The position numbers and the translations under genes are program-made. Positions 27,666 to 39,600 of a stretch of 63,733 nucleotides of DNA are shown here, in pieces. Each line of letters starts with the position of its first letter. The first letter of the stretch is position 1. The notes beneath the pieces were generated by a model. The model saw only the letters and a program-made list of their open reading frames with translations, was not told the DNA's origin and searched no databases. The DNA comes from a virus (lineage: Duplodnaviria; Caudoviricetes). The stretch is taken from positions 1-63,733 of the IMG/VR virus record IMGVR_UViG_3300033146_001875, one strand, 5' to 3'.

Positions 27666-30600
27666 TACACTTCTGTTATATGTGGCACTATTAGTGTTTC
27701 AGCCATATCTAATGGCCCAAATACTCTATTAAAGAAACCACCAACTATACCATTATCATCATATGTATCAAATTGGTCAACACCTCTTGTGTTTACTAAT
27801 GTTTTGTAAGCAATGACAGACGACGGGTTAGCTATTAACATTCTTGCAACAACTCCCATATTCTTTAGGAAGAATTGCATAAAAAGAACCAACGATAAAT
27901 TCTCCATAGTCGTGAAAGCCTGTGCTTTCAAAGTGTTATACATAACAAAAGCTTGAGCAACTACCCTTGCAGATTGCTTAGCAGGCATACCAGATTTTCT
28001 TAAATGCTTATCTAGCGAATATCTAGCAGAAGCATCCCCAGCCTGATTAAGAGTAAGCAATACTTCAAACAATTTGGTATCTGAAGTTACATACATATTC
28101 TTGATTATTTCATGCAATACTTTTATGCCTCTGACACCAGACTTATTCATAGCTATATCTACTATCTTGTTTATATCATTCTTTGATGTCATGCTATCCC
28201 TATTTACATCCTCTACAACAGACGAAATTAAACCTTTTTTATACAGTCCGTACAATGGATTATCTTCAACAAGAGACTGAAGTTGCTTCAACTCTTTCTC
28301 TACTTTATCTCCTTGAACCTTTCTTATTTCAAGCTCTCTTATGTCATCTAATTGATGTCTTAATTCCCATAAATATTTAAACCCTTGAACCATATCTTTA
28401 CTAGCTGTTATTGGATCCACCCCTCTCATCACTAATGATATGTAGTTAGATTTAATATTACCCCATATAACACCCGTGTTAACAACTGCAACCAATGGTT
28501 TAAATAACTTAACCAATGAACGAAGAAAGCTTTCAACTATTTGTAACCCTTTGTAGAATTTAGGCTTGGTTCTTTTTAAACTAGATTTAGCCTCTGCAAA
28601 ACTAAAGTTTTTATAACCAAAAAAGTCACTCAGTAATTCAGGTCTAATATAAAATTCTTTAACACCATTTTCTTTTAATACTCTTTTAGTGTATTCAGGT
28701 AGCTTATTCCACTGGTCTTTAGTTCTAGGATTATATGGACTTATTTGAATGAAATTCTCTTTATCGGAAGCATCTTTATATTCATTTAAAGCCCACTCTA
28801 TAAACATATTATTGCTTTCTTCACCAGTTATCTTAGCAGATGAAGAAACGATAGTAGCCGCTATTCTCTCAACTACATCTTTATTTTCTCTCAGTAGATT
28901 CTCTTTCAAGCTAGTTGACATAGTGTATCTATAGTCAGTTATCTTAGCTCTCTTACCCTCTATGCTAATCAAAGGAACAGGTTCAGAACCTGTGAATGGA
29001 TCTGCTTCCAAGTCGAATTTTTCATTAGTTATATCATCTATCATTCCTTGAATTTCATGAGTTCCTATATGCTCACTATCTTCATGAAACTCTTTCATAG
29101 AAGTACCTTTGTGTCTAAGGTTTGTTATCTCTATAACACCTTTACTATATGGGGCACTGTAGTCATGCTTAGTAACAAGAACTCTATCCATATCTATATC
29201 ATCATGGTCATTAACTTTAATATCATAATCTATAAACTTCCAGCCTTGCTCAACATACATATCTAAGTCCGCTAGTCTGATTACTTTCACTTCCATATTT
29301 TCATCGGTAACCATCTTAGTATAGCCCTTTTGCTTATATACTTTCTGAGAACCTGCGAAAGATTTTCTATCGTTATCTCTAGTCATTTCTTTAAAAAAAG
29401 TAAGCATTTTGTTTACAGCTCTAAAGTCTTTAGATAGGTTTACATTATTTTCTTCTTTCGCCATTCTGAGTGCATACAAACTAACAAGCTTATTTAGGTT
29501 TATGTTAATACCTTTTATTCTATCTATCTTACTGAGCTCGTCACTATTTAAGAATAGTCCATTAGATATATTATGGGTATTTAACATCTGTCTTTTGATA
29601 CCAGTTTTACCATGAACCATAAACTGTGCAAGACCTTTTGCTTGTAGCATTACCATTTTACTGAATCTTCTCTGTCTTCTATTTGTAACCTTGTCACTGA
29701 TAGAATTTTCAAGAGTCTTAATAAGAGTGTTTAAATGCTTGTCATCATTCAGTAAGCTATGTATCTCTTTAGAGTCAGTGGTTACAGCCATTATATCAGT
29801 CTCTATAAGAAGCTTTTGTAATTTAATTCTATCCTCTTTATTAAAAGCTTTTAGTTGCTTAGTAAGCACTCTAACTATACTAGATTTAGTATGCTCTTTA
29901 TCATCCTCTTGTATCTTTTTAGCCTTGTTTAGCATGTCATAGAATGTATTATATCTGTCGTCGTAAGCAGTATCTGTAACTATCATATGGTTCACTTCAA
30001 CAAAGAACTTAGCTAAAGCTTGAGTCTTGCTATTTGAAGCTCTTATATAAGCAGAAGCTAATAGATTATTCATGCCTTGTGGGAATGCTTGTTTTGCTTT
30101 AATTGCAAATTCCAATTTAAGTTGTCTTAGCTTAGTGGCAAGAGGCTTATTTATCTTTTTGTGAAATGTATTATAGATATTATCCGTATCGCCTCTTTTG
30201 AGTTTAATAGTCATTTCTTGTGCTTTATTTTTTATTTGAATAAGCTCTGCTCCAACAGTGTTTCTGCCAAGTCTTTTTTCTGCTGCTTTGTTTATAACAC
30301 GAACAATAAAATTGAACATTCTAATAAACAAACCTTTTATCTTGCCATCAGATAACTTAAGCTCTCTGAGTAATCTGTTATCTACCTCAAACTCATGTTC
30401 ATTGTCTTGAATATATTTAAATAGAGTTGGGTCTGTTAAAGCATAGGTAAAAAATTCATTAGCTTTTTTATCAAAGAATATATATTTGAAGAGAGCTTTA
30501 GAAAGCTCTTGTTGCTCAACAGAACCATCTTTAGCAAATATAAGTTCTGGATTATCTAAATTTTTTACCATATGATTATATACAGCCATCTTAAGTCTGT

Positions 30601-33600
30601 TTAATCTAAGCATTATTTTCTTATCGTAGTTAAGTGCTGCTTGTGTAGATATGTGAAACATCTCGTGAGAGAACACACTCTTTCTGCTTTGTCCAATAAA
30701 TCTTGTACTACCAGTTAATCTAACTTTATTGTTAAATGTATCTGCTTGACCATAAGTGGGTTCGTTTTCTGTTTCGAATAATTGAACATCTACACTGTCA
30801 GTGAAGTCAAATACTGTATCTAATGTCTCTTCAAGTAACATATCTAAGTCGGCTGTATAATCATCATCGAAAGAACCATCTAACTCTTTATCTTCTTCTA
30901 TTAGCTCACCAACAAAGCTTCTTACATTTTCTCTAGTAACCTGTTTAGATGATATGTATTCACTTTCTGTATCCGTAGTGTTTGAAGAGAATGACCAGCC
31001 GTTTCCAAAATCAATAGCATGTCTTTCAACACTTTCATTATTAAACACATTTCTAAATCTTTCTAACAACTCTAAATTTGACTCAGTAGCAACGAACAAC
31101 TCTTTAGTTTTTTCATTCATAATATACAAACCACTTGGTTTGCCCGTTTTAGCATCTGCTGGAAAGCTTACAAGTTTAGCATCTTCATCTGCATCTAATA
31201 CCTGTTTAACGACACGAACAATATCGCTATCACTTGCTGTTTCAAGGATAGTAAATACATTGCTCTTGTCGTCTTTTCCAGCAATAAATCCTGCATGTTT
31301 CTCTTCTGTGTTTTCATCAGCTGGTTCTTCTATCTGATTTTCTTCATTTTCTTGAGTATCATACTGTTTATCAAGATAAGCTGCTCTTGAGTCTAAGAAC
31401 TCTTTGCTTTCTGGAAACAATATTCCAATCACAGCTAATCTAAACAGCTCTGCATTATTTTTATATTCTTTAATTGGAATCCTCTTTCCAATATTGTCTT
31501 TTATGCTATCTAATACATCTTTAGTTAATTTGCTTTTATCTATTTGGAATATACTACTAATTATTGTTTTTAATTGAGTTCCAGATTTAAAACTATCTAA
31601 TGAAGCTTGAACACTAGCTGTATCTGGTATGGTCTGCTCTTCACTAACTGTATCTGTAGTGGTTCCAATGCCATTTGTATCCTTTTCCTTGAGTTTTGTG
31701 TTGGGTTGTCTTCTTAAGTCTTTGTTCTCTAGTTTAATTAATGTGTAAGTAACATTTTCTAAATCTAGGTCTTTGGGTTTTTTAGCTACAGCTTTTAGCT
31801 TCTCCTGAATAACATTAACAAAAGTATCGTTTGAGCCGTCTACTTCCTCAAGTAATTGGTTAGCCGTAACTGTTTCCACAACATATTTCTCTGTAGTCGT
31901 GCTATCGTTATTATAGCTTTCTACAAACTCTATAATCCTTCTTAAAGTCTCTCCCTCCCCTGACTTGTTGTATGGTGTATTCGCATTTGTTTCGTTATCT
32001 AACACGATAGAAGAACCATCGTCTAAAATATTTTGAATTGTACCGCCAATAAATGCATTTATCTTTTCAATATTGCTATTTTTCCAATATCCATTTTCAC
32101 CACCATTAGTAGATATAAATACTATAGACTTATTTTCCATTCCGTGTTCTTTTGTATTCTCTATATCTCTTCTATAAGCTGCTTCTGTATCATTTTCAAT
32201 ACTCTCGTAGAAACTCTCATATTTAGCTGTACTTGAATACTGACTATTCTTTCCACCAGCTAGCCCTATAAAATGTGTAGATACATATAATTTTATTAAG
32301 TCTTTATTTACAAATGGTATTTTATTACTACCGAAACTATCAAATAGTTTAGAAATATATTGAAGACCCATAGTTACCCTGTGTTGGTTCTCTTTGTCGT
32401 ATTCATCACTAACAACATGTCTAATTTCTTGTCCTACATTTTTAAAATTCTCATTAGCTGTTTCAGTATCTTCAGTATCTTCAAGAATGGTAAAGCCATA
32501 TTCTTTTTTATCTGCATCCAATTTATTTGTTACTTCTGTATAAGATAAATTCTCTTTTTCAGATAAACTATCTGAAGCATAACTATGATTGGATACGATA
32601 GTTTCTTCAGACATTTTTTGTTTATTCTTTTTTATTTCTTTTATATTCTCAATAGTATCTTCAAGGGATAAAGCATCTTCATTAGCTTTACCCAATATAT
32701 ATTCTAATCCAGAATAGCTAGTTAGCTTTTGAAGAGATATTTCTAAATTCTCTTTAGCGAACTTAAGTTGAGAGTCTAATATAGCATCAGCATCCACACC
32801 AATACTTTCAAGATAAGCTATTTGTTTGACAATAGACTCTATATGCTCATTAGAAGCACTGTAATTCATTGGCACATGAATAGTCTCTCTATTATATGCT
32901 TGCTGAGTCTCTGTAATGCTGTTTTTATCCATTCCATATACTTTGGCATCGAATACATCTATTACATTACCATCTCTACCAACTACTTGAATAGTATAAC
33001 TATCTTGCTGTAATGTTGACGAAACAGATGTGGCAGATATATTTTGTACCATGGTTCTCTCATTAGCATTTGTGCTTTGGTTAACTGTCTTTCCGTTGCT
33101 ACTTTTGAATTTATTTTTAATAAGGTTATTTTGGTCTGGATTTTTTTCATCCGTATAATATGACAACTGTTCCTTATGCTCTGGGTCTGGAGATTTTATA
33201 CTATATAGTACACCAGCTTCTATAAGCTTCTTGAAGACATCTTTATACTGTTTCTCTGTCAATACACCATTATTCTCTTCCGTGGCTTTCTGCAAGCTCT
33301 GAGTGATAATTTCTCTAGTATTAGAAAACAATATACCATTAAGTAATTTAAGTCTATTTCTGTTTTCGTGTATAGGCTGATATAACTCTTGTACGGTGTC
33401 CCAAATAACCCTGCCGAATGTCCTATTAGAGTGCTCCTCCAACTTAGCTTCTGTGGCTTTAGAATATATAAATTTATTAGCTTTTGTGTTATATACAAGA
33501 TGAGCTAATAAAACTCTTCTAAACATTTCATTACTTGCTTCGTCTATTTTCTCATTTCCTCTTGAAGCTTCAAAAATATTTATATCTTTTGATAAAGCTG

Positions 33601-36600
33601 CATAGTCTTTTGGAGTTATTTTCATTCCATTTTCACCACCTACAGCAAACTCTATATCTCGTCTAAGTGCTTCATTTAATATATTTATTTTAACTGGGTT
33701 ATCACCATCCCAATCAACACTAAAATCTTTTACATCTTCTTTTTTTGCATTAGTTATAAAAAGGCTGTTAATTGTCTCTACAGAACCAACTGTTTCTTCT
33801 TCTTCGTCAGTTATCCATAGTCTAAGATTACCACTCATGGCTGATGTTTCTACATCGTCTTTATAAAATAATGGAATATCTTCTTTTTCTTGTATAAGAA
33901 GCTTCGTGGTTTTCGTTTCATCAAGTTCACTTATGTTTTCATACATCTTAGGAAGCACTACTTCATAGAATGCATTTCTCATTGTTGAAACAACACCTTG
34001 ACCATACACGGCAGACATAGTACCAGTCTTAGCTTGATTTCTTGATAATTCATCTCCTACCTCTTTTACAAGAGCCAACTGTTCATCTAATTCTAAAACA
34101 TATCTATGTTCTGCACCTAACTTCTTAACAAGTTTTTTTCTTCTGGCTTTTATGCTTTCAATAAGTTCTTTAAGGGCTATAGTAGTCTTAGTTGCAACAT
34201 CTTCATAGTAATCTTCTAATCCAGCATATTCTTTCAGAAAACCATGTGTAAGAGAACCATCTTTTAAAGACTTTCTTATATGTTTTTTAGTAGCTTCAAT
34301 AACTTGCTCATTAGTAGAACCATCATCTAATTTTAGGAATTTTTTTAGTCTGTCTATATCTAAATTCTCTCCATTATTTTTATCTATACTGCTTAGAAAA
34401 GCTTCGATCCCCTCTTCTGTATAAATTCCACCCTTTACTAATAATTCTGGAACACTATATATTTGAATGCCGTCTTCATCTCTTTTCACATTAGCACCTA
34501 AACCAATAAGAGCCAATGTCATACCTGATGTTATACCATCATATTCCAATGTCATATCTGATTTGAACTTAGTATCTCCATTGTTTATAGCTTTTTGTAT
34601 ATTAACTAATTCTGCTATAGCTAACAATGTATGAGATTGTTCTCTACTCGCACTGTATGAAGCAGCTCCTTTCAGGGCTGCTTCATCCGTGCTGTCTTCA
34701 GCTAAGGCTAAAACTATTCTTTTTAGTGTGCTGTCTACTATATCAAGCTTTCCATCTTTTATAGTAAGAGTATCATCAAGTTGAGATAATGCACTTAAGT
34801 CCGTCATCTTATCCACACCTATTTTAAAAGCTTGTGCTAGTCCTAATCTGAATATCGTTAAACCAGTATTGTCTCCAGAAAAATCTATCTCGTGCCTCAT
34901 ATGAGAACCATAAAACAAGTGTCTGTGTATTTTATTACCAGATAAATCTATTACACTTTTTTGTATGGTTCTTAATACTTTAGAAGCTACATAAGGTATT
35001 TTAAAACCTCCCCATAACATTTCTGTTCTGTCATCAGGAAGTCTATCTAGCACCTTGTCTACTTTTTCTTTAATACCAATGTTCTTACCTACTTGACCAG
35101 CTCTTTTTAAAACATCCATCTTATCCATAGATTTTTTATCTTCAAAACCCATGGCTTCATATGCGGTATCTCTGTCCATATTAAACAACAATTCAGCAGC
35201 ACTATTTGGATGATATATAATATTGCTTCTGTCTTCTAAGAACTGTTGTTTATCATTGCCTATTTCAAATTCAGAATGAAGCTGCTTTTTTGGAACAAAA
35301 ACATACTTAGTTGTATTGTACTGTGGTTCCAATACAGATGGTTCTTTGTTAAATAATAAATCAGTAGTATATACATAATTTTGTAAAACTATTTTATCTA
35401 TATTATAAAGAACACTGTCTTTAGTAGGTAAATAAAAGTAAGGTGTCTTGCCTTGATATTCTGGTCCAGCTTTTTGTGTTACTAGGAATTTACCACTTTC
35501 ATCTCTTGTGGACAGCACAAGGGCTTTAACAAGGTTTCCTAGTTCAGTCTCATATCTAGCTTTAGTTCCATGTTCTGCCTCGTCGCTAACCGTTATACCT
35601 AATGCTTTCATTATGTTAGCACCAGCATCAGGAAACATTACATTTAATGGAGAACCACCGCTTTTTCTTATATTGTTTATTATATTTAAGAATTTAGGGT
35701 CTGTGATCTCATGTTCATTTTTAATTCCATAGGCATTTGCTATCTGGTCATTAGTTTGCATTTTAAAATTTTTCGCAACAAATAATATTTTAAGGACTTC
35801 TATTTTTACTTGTTCTTGAACCACTCTAGGTAAAACTAGTCTTGAGCCTACTGTCGTGCCTAATATATTAAGAATGCTATCTTCTTCTTTTTGTGGGACT
35901 AATATTCTTGTTATATCAAATAAACTAGATATTTTCATAACATCTTTGTTGGCAAGTATTTCTACTGTCTCATCAATATCTTTACCATTTAATATATTTT
36001 TATGATTTTCAAAATAGGCTTTCAGATTTTTTTTGCTCGATAAAGCAACTTTATAGAATTTATATATATTAGATGGAGTATGCAGTTTGATAAATTTGCT
36101 AATATCATCTTTGCCTACCATGGCATTAAAAATAGGTATAATAGCTTCAGAAAGCTTATTTTTAATAGTCTCACTAACTTTTTTTCTGAGTGATTTCAGT
36201 TTTTCTTTAAGGGCTTTCGTCTCTTTTTTTCTTACTGATTTGCTCAGATGTTTTTGTTTATTTTTTTTATCTATTTCAGATTCTTTTTCTTTAATCTGTT
36301 TCTCTAGTTCAAGTTGGTTCTCAATGTCCTCTTTTGTTAATATCTGTTCAAACTCACTAGTATCCTCTAGCTCGTCCATAACTTCTTTCTCTTTATCTAT
36401 GTCTCTGGTATCTTCAGTACTCTTGCTGCCATTTTTACTGCTGATATTGTTTTTGTCTTGATTAGAAGAACTTTCTCCATTATTGTTTAATGGGTTACTT
36501 TCAGAAGTAGTAGTAAATGTTTTTTTATTTTTCTTCTTGTTAAGTGGAACTATTTCAATAAGCTCGTCATGAACTTCTTGAAAGCTTTTATCAAACATAT

Positions 36601-39600
36601 CTTCTATCTTTATATCAAATGTATCTTCTAGTAATGTCTTCTCTTTTCCTATGCTATAGCTATGCACACTCATAGTAGTATCTTGTTCCAGCTTGATACC
36701 ATAGGCATTTTTTGAGTCTTCATTAATAGAGAATATTAAAGTGCCTTTTTTTTCTGGGTATTTTTTCTGTGCTATTCTTGTTAATGTGTAGATAGCACTT
36801 ACACTGTTGAGCTTATTCTGTTGAAAATGACTCGGCTGTATCTTCTTTTCATTTTTATCATTTAGATACACTGGAATTTCAGTGATAAAGTAGTCTTTGC
36901 CGTCACTGTAGGCATATACGAGATGTTCTATATTTCTACCATTCTTATCTTCTTTTGTGTAAGAACCAATATATAAACCTTTTTTATCTGCATTTTTTTC
37001 TAGTTGACCATAAGCTATATTTCTTATGAAAGTAGCAATACTCTTTGCTTTTTCTAATTGCTTGTTGGGTTTAATATTTTTCTTGGATTTAGGTCTACGA
37101 GCATTTTTTGGGACTTCTGTATTTTGCATTTCGTCACCATTCAGTTCGTCTTCTGTTTTATCTATGAAGTCATTTAGTAAGTTGGCATCTGCATTATTCA
37201 TTACAAATGTTGCATTTTTTGCTTCTGCTTCATTGAACTTTTTCATAATCTTTTTCGCCATAGCTTGTAGTGCTATATTCTCAAAAGTTACCATCTCTAT
37301 AAGAGAAGCAGAACCTCTTTCGTAACCTACTCCAGCTAAATTTTTATTATATCTACTTCTAACAAATGTGCTAAATTCCTTTATAACCTCAGATATATCT
37401 TCTTTGGTCTTAGCATTATCAAGGTCTCTTGTGTACGAAACTATAGACTTCTTACTGTCACCATCCTTGAACTCACCTGTTAGAATTTCATCAGATACAG
37501 CAGCCATAGATTTGCTAACTTGTTTAACAAGCTTTATTCGTTCAGTTACATTATTGGTTTCACTAGCTTTTTTAAGCTTTTCTATAATTCCACCTAGGAA
37601 TACTTTTTGCACATCTTCAAGAGAACCATTCTTTATAATGTTTTGCATCATTTTAATGTCGTCAGGGTCTATATATCCAAAAGAACCATCGTCATTTGAA
37701 GAAGAACCGTGAACAGTATCTTCATCTTTATTGTTATCTAGTTCAGCTTTTACCATATCCGATATTCTTTCTTTAACAACTTTATACACTCTATCTGGAA
37801 CTTTATCCATAAGTCTCCTGATTTCAACATCAGTCGACTTAGTTATCATATCTATAAGTTTCAGTGCTTTTTTATTCTCTAAATTGTCTATACCAACAAT
37901 AACAATAGAAGCTTTAATTGTTGCTATGTCGTCTTTGTTTTCATCGTCTTTGTTTTTATTAGCATGAGCCTTAGCTAATAAATCTATACTCTCTGCAAAT
38001 TCTTTCTCAATAAACTCTTCTACTTTAGTGAATTTTTCAAAAAAGTTCTTAATACTGGTAACAGTTTCTTTATCTTTATATATTTTCTCTGTAAACTTAT
38101 CCTTTAAGCCTACAGAATTTTCTTCTGCTATTCTTTGAACTTCTATATTTCTATCTTTTTTATATTTGGTTCTATTGAAGTTATCTAAAAAAGAAGACAT
38201 TATTTTCTTTTGTATACTTTCATCTGAATTAACTATATCTGTAATTTTTTGTTTGTATAATGGAAAGAATTTTCTAGCTTTTTCAACACCATCTTTATAC
38301 TTAGCAAATATAGTTTTTTGCTCATCTGTAGCTTTTTTGAAAGCTTCAGTTTTCTCAAACTTAGTAAGTTTTTCAAGTGTGGTTTCAGATGAAGCTAAAG
38401 CTTTCTCACCTAATGTTAGACCCATCTCTTTTAGAGATCCTAAATAATATTTGTCATCAGATCGAATAATATCGCTTAAGTCGGATGTTCCATATATGCT
38501 GGCTCTTTCGTCTTTCAACTCTTCAATAGCTCTTCTTTTAATAGAATTAGCTAATGCTTTATCTCCAGTCTCTCTCAGAGCTTTGTCGCCATCCTCCACA
38601 GCTTTAAATTCACCTTTTTTGTAGGACTCTGCTAAATCTACTTCAGACTGTAAGTTGTCTTTTAATTCTAATTCAGTCTCAGTAGTCTTTTTGTATGTAT
38701 TCTTACCAGTGGCCATAGCTGTAGCTAGAGCTTTCTTATATGATACTTCCTCATTAAATACTTCCCTAGTGTCTTTCATAGCTTTAGGGGCTTTCATAGC
38801 AGCACCAAGTATACCACCTGTAACTATCTGGTTGTATAACTCCCATTTATGTTTTCCAAGAATGTCAATCATGTCACCCTCTTCGTTTCTATACTTTGTA
38901 CTCAATGTATCAACTACACCGTCGATACCCTCAGCAAACCCCTCAGCTACAGCACCCTCGGCAGTCTTTAAAGCTCCAGAAAAAGCTCTTAAAGCAATTA
39001 GACCAGTCAAATTATCATAAGCTTGTATAGTAGGTTTATCTAGTCTAAATATAGCTTTACCACCAGCTACTAATTCGTACATACCTTTTTCAAATACAAA
39101 TTCCAATGCACCTTTTTGTAAATACTCATTTGCTAATGAAGCAGTCAAAACAATAGATTTGTGACCAATTGGCATATCCACACCAGTTTCATCCTCCCAT
39201 TTATCAACTCTTTCCTGACCAGCACCTAAAGCTTTTATAGCCATAATACCAAAACCTACTCCATAACTTGCTATACCAGCAGCTATATAAGCAACTATAT
39301 CAGCAGCACTGTGAGCTAAGAACTCAGGAAAAGCAGCACCTGCCTTAAATAGTTCTTTAGCTCCACCCAAAATGTCAGTATCTTCATCTTTGAACCACTT
39401 AGCTAAGAAGTTATCTATATGTTTACTAGCTATTTCTGTACTGTGTCCCTTATATCCAGCAACAGCATTTGAATCATCTCTCCAATTCTGTAATGATTTA
39501 GTAAATGCCGAATAGTCTTGATATGTTGGCCCGCTAGATAAAGCTTCTGCTCCTATGTCTTCAACTGATTTAGCTAGACCAGCTAGTGATTGACCTAATA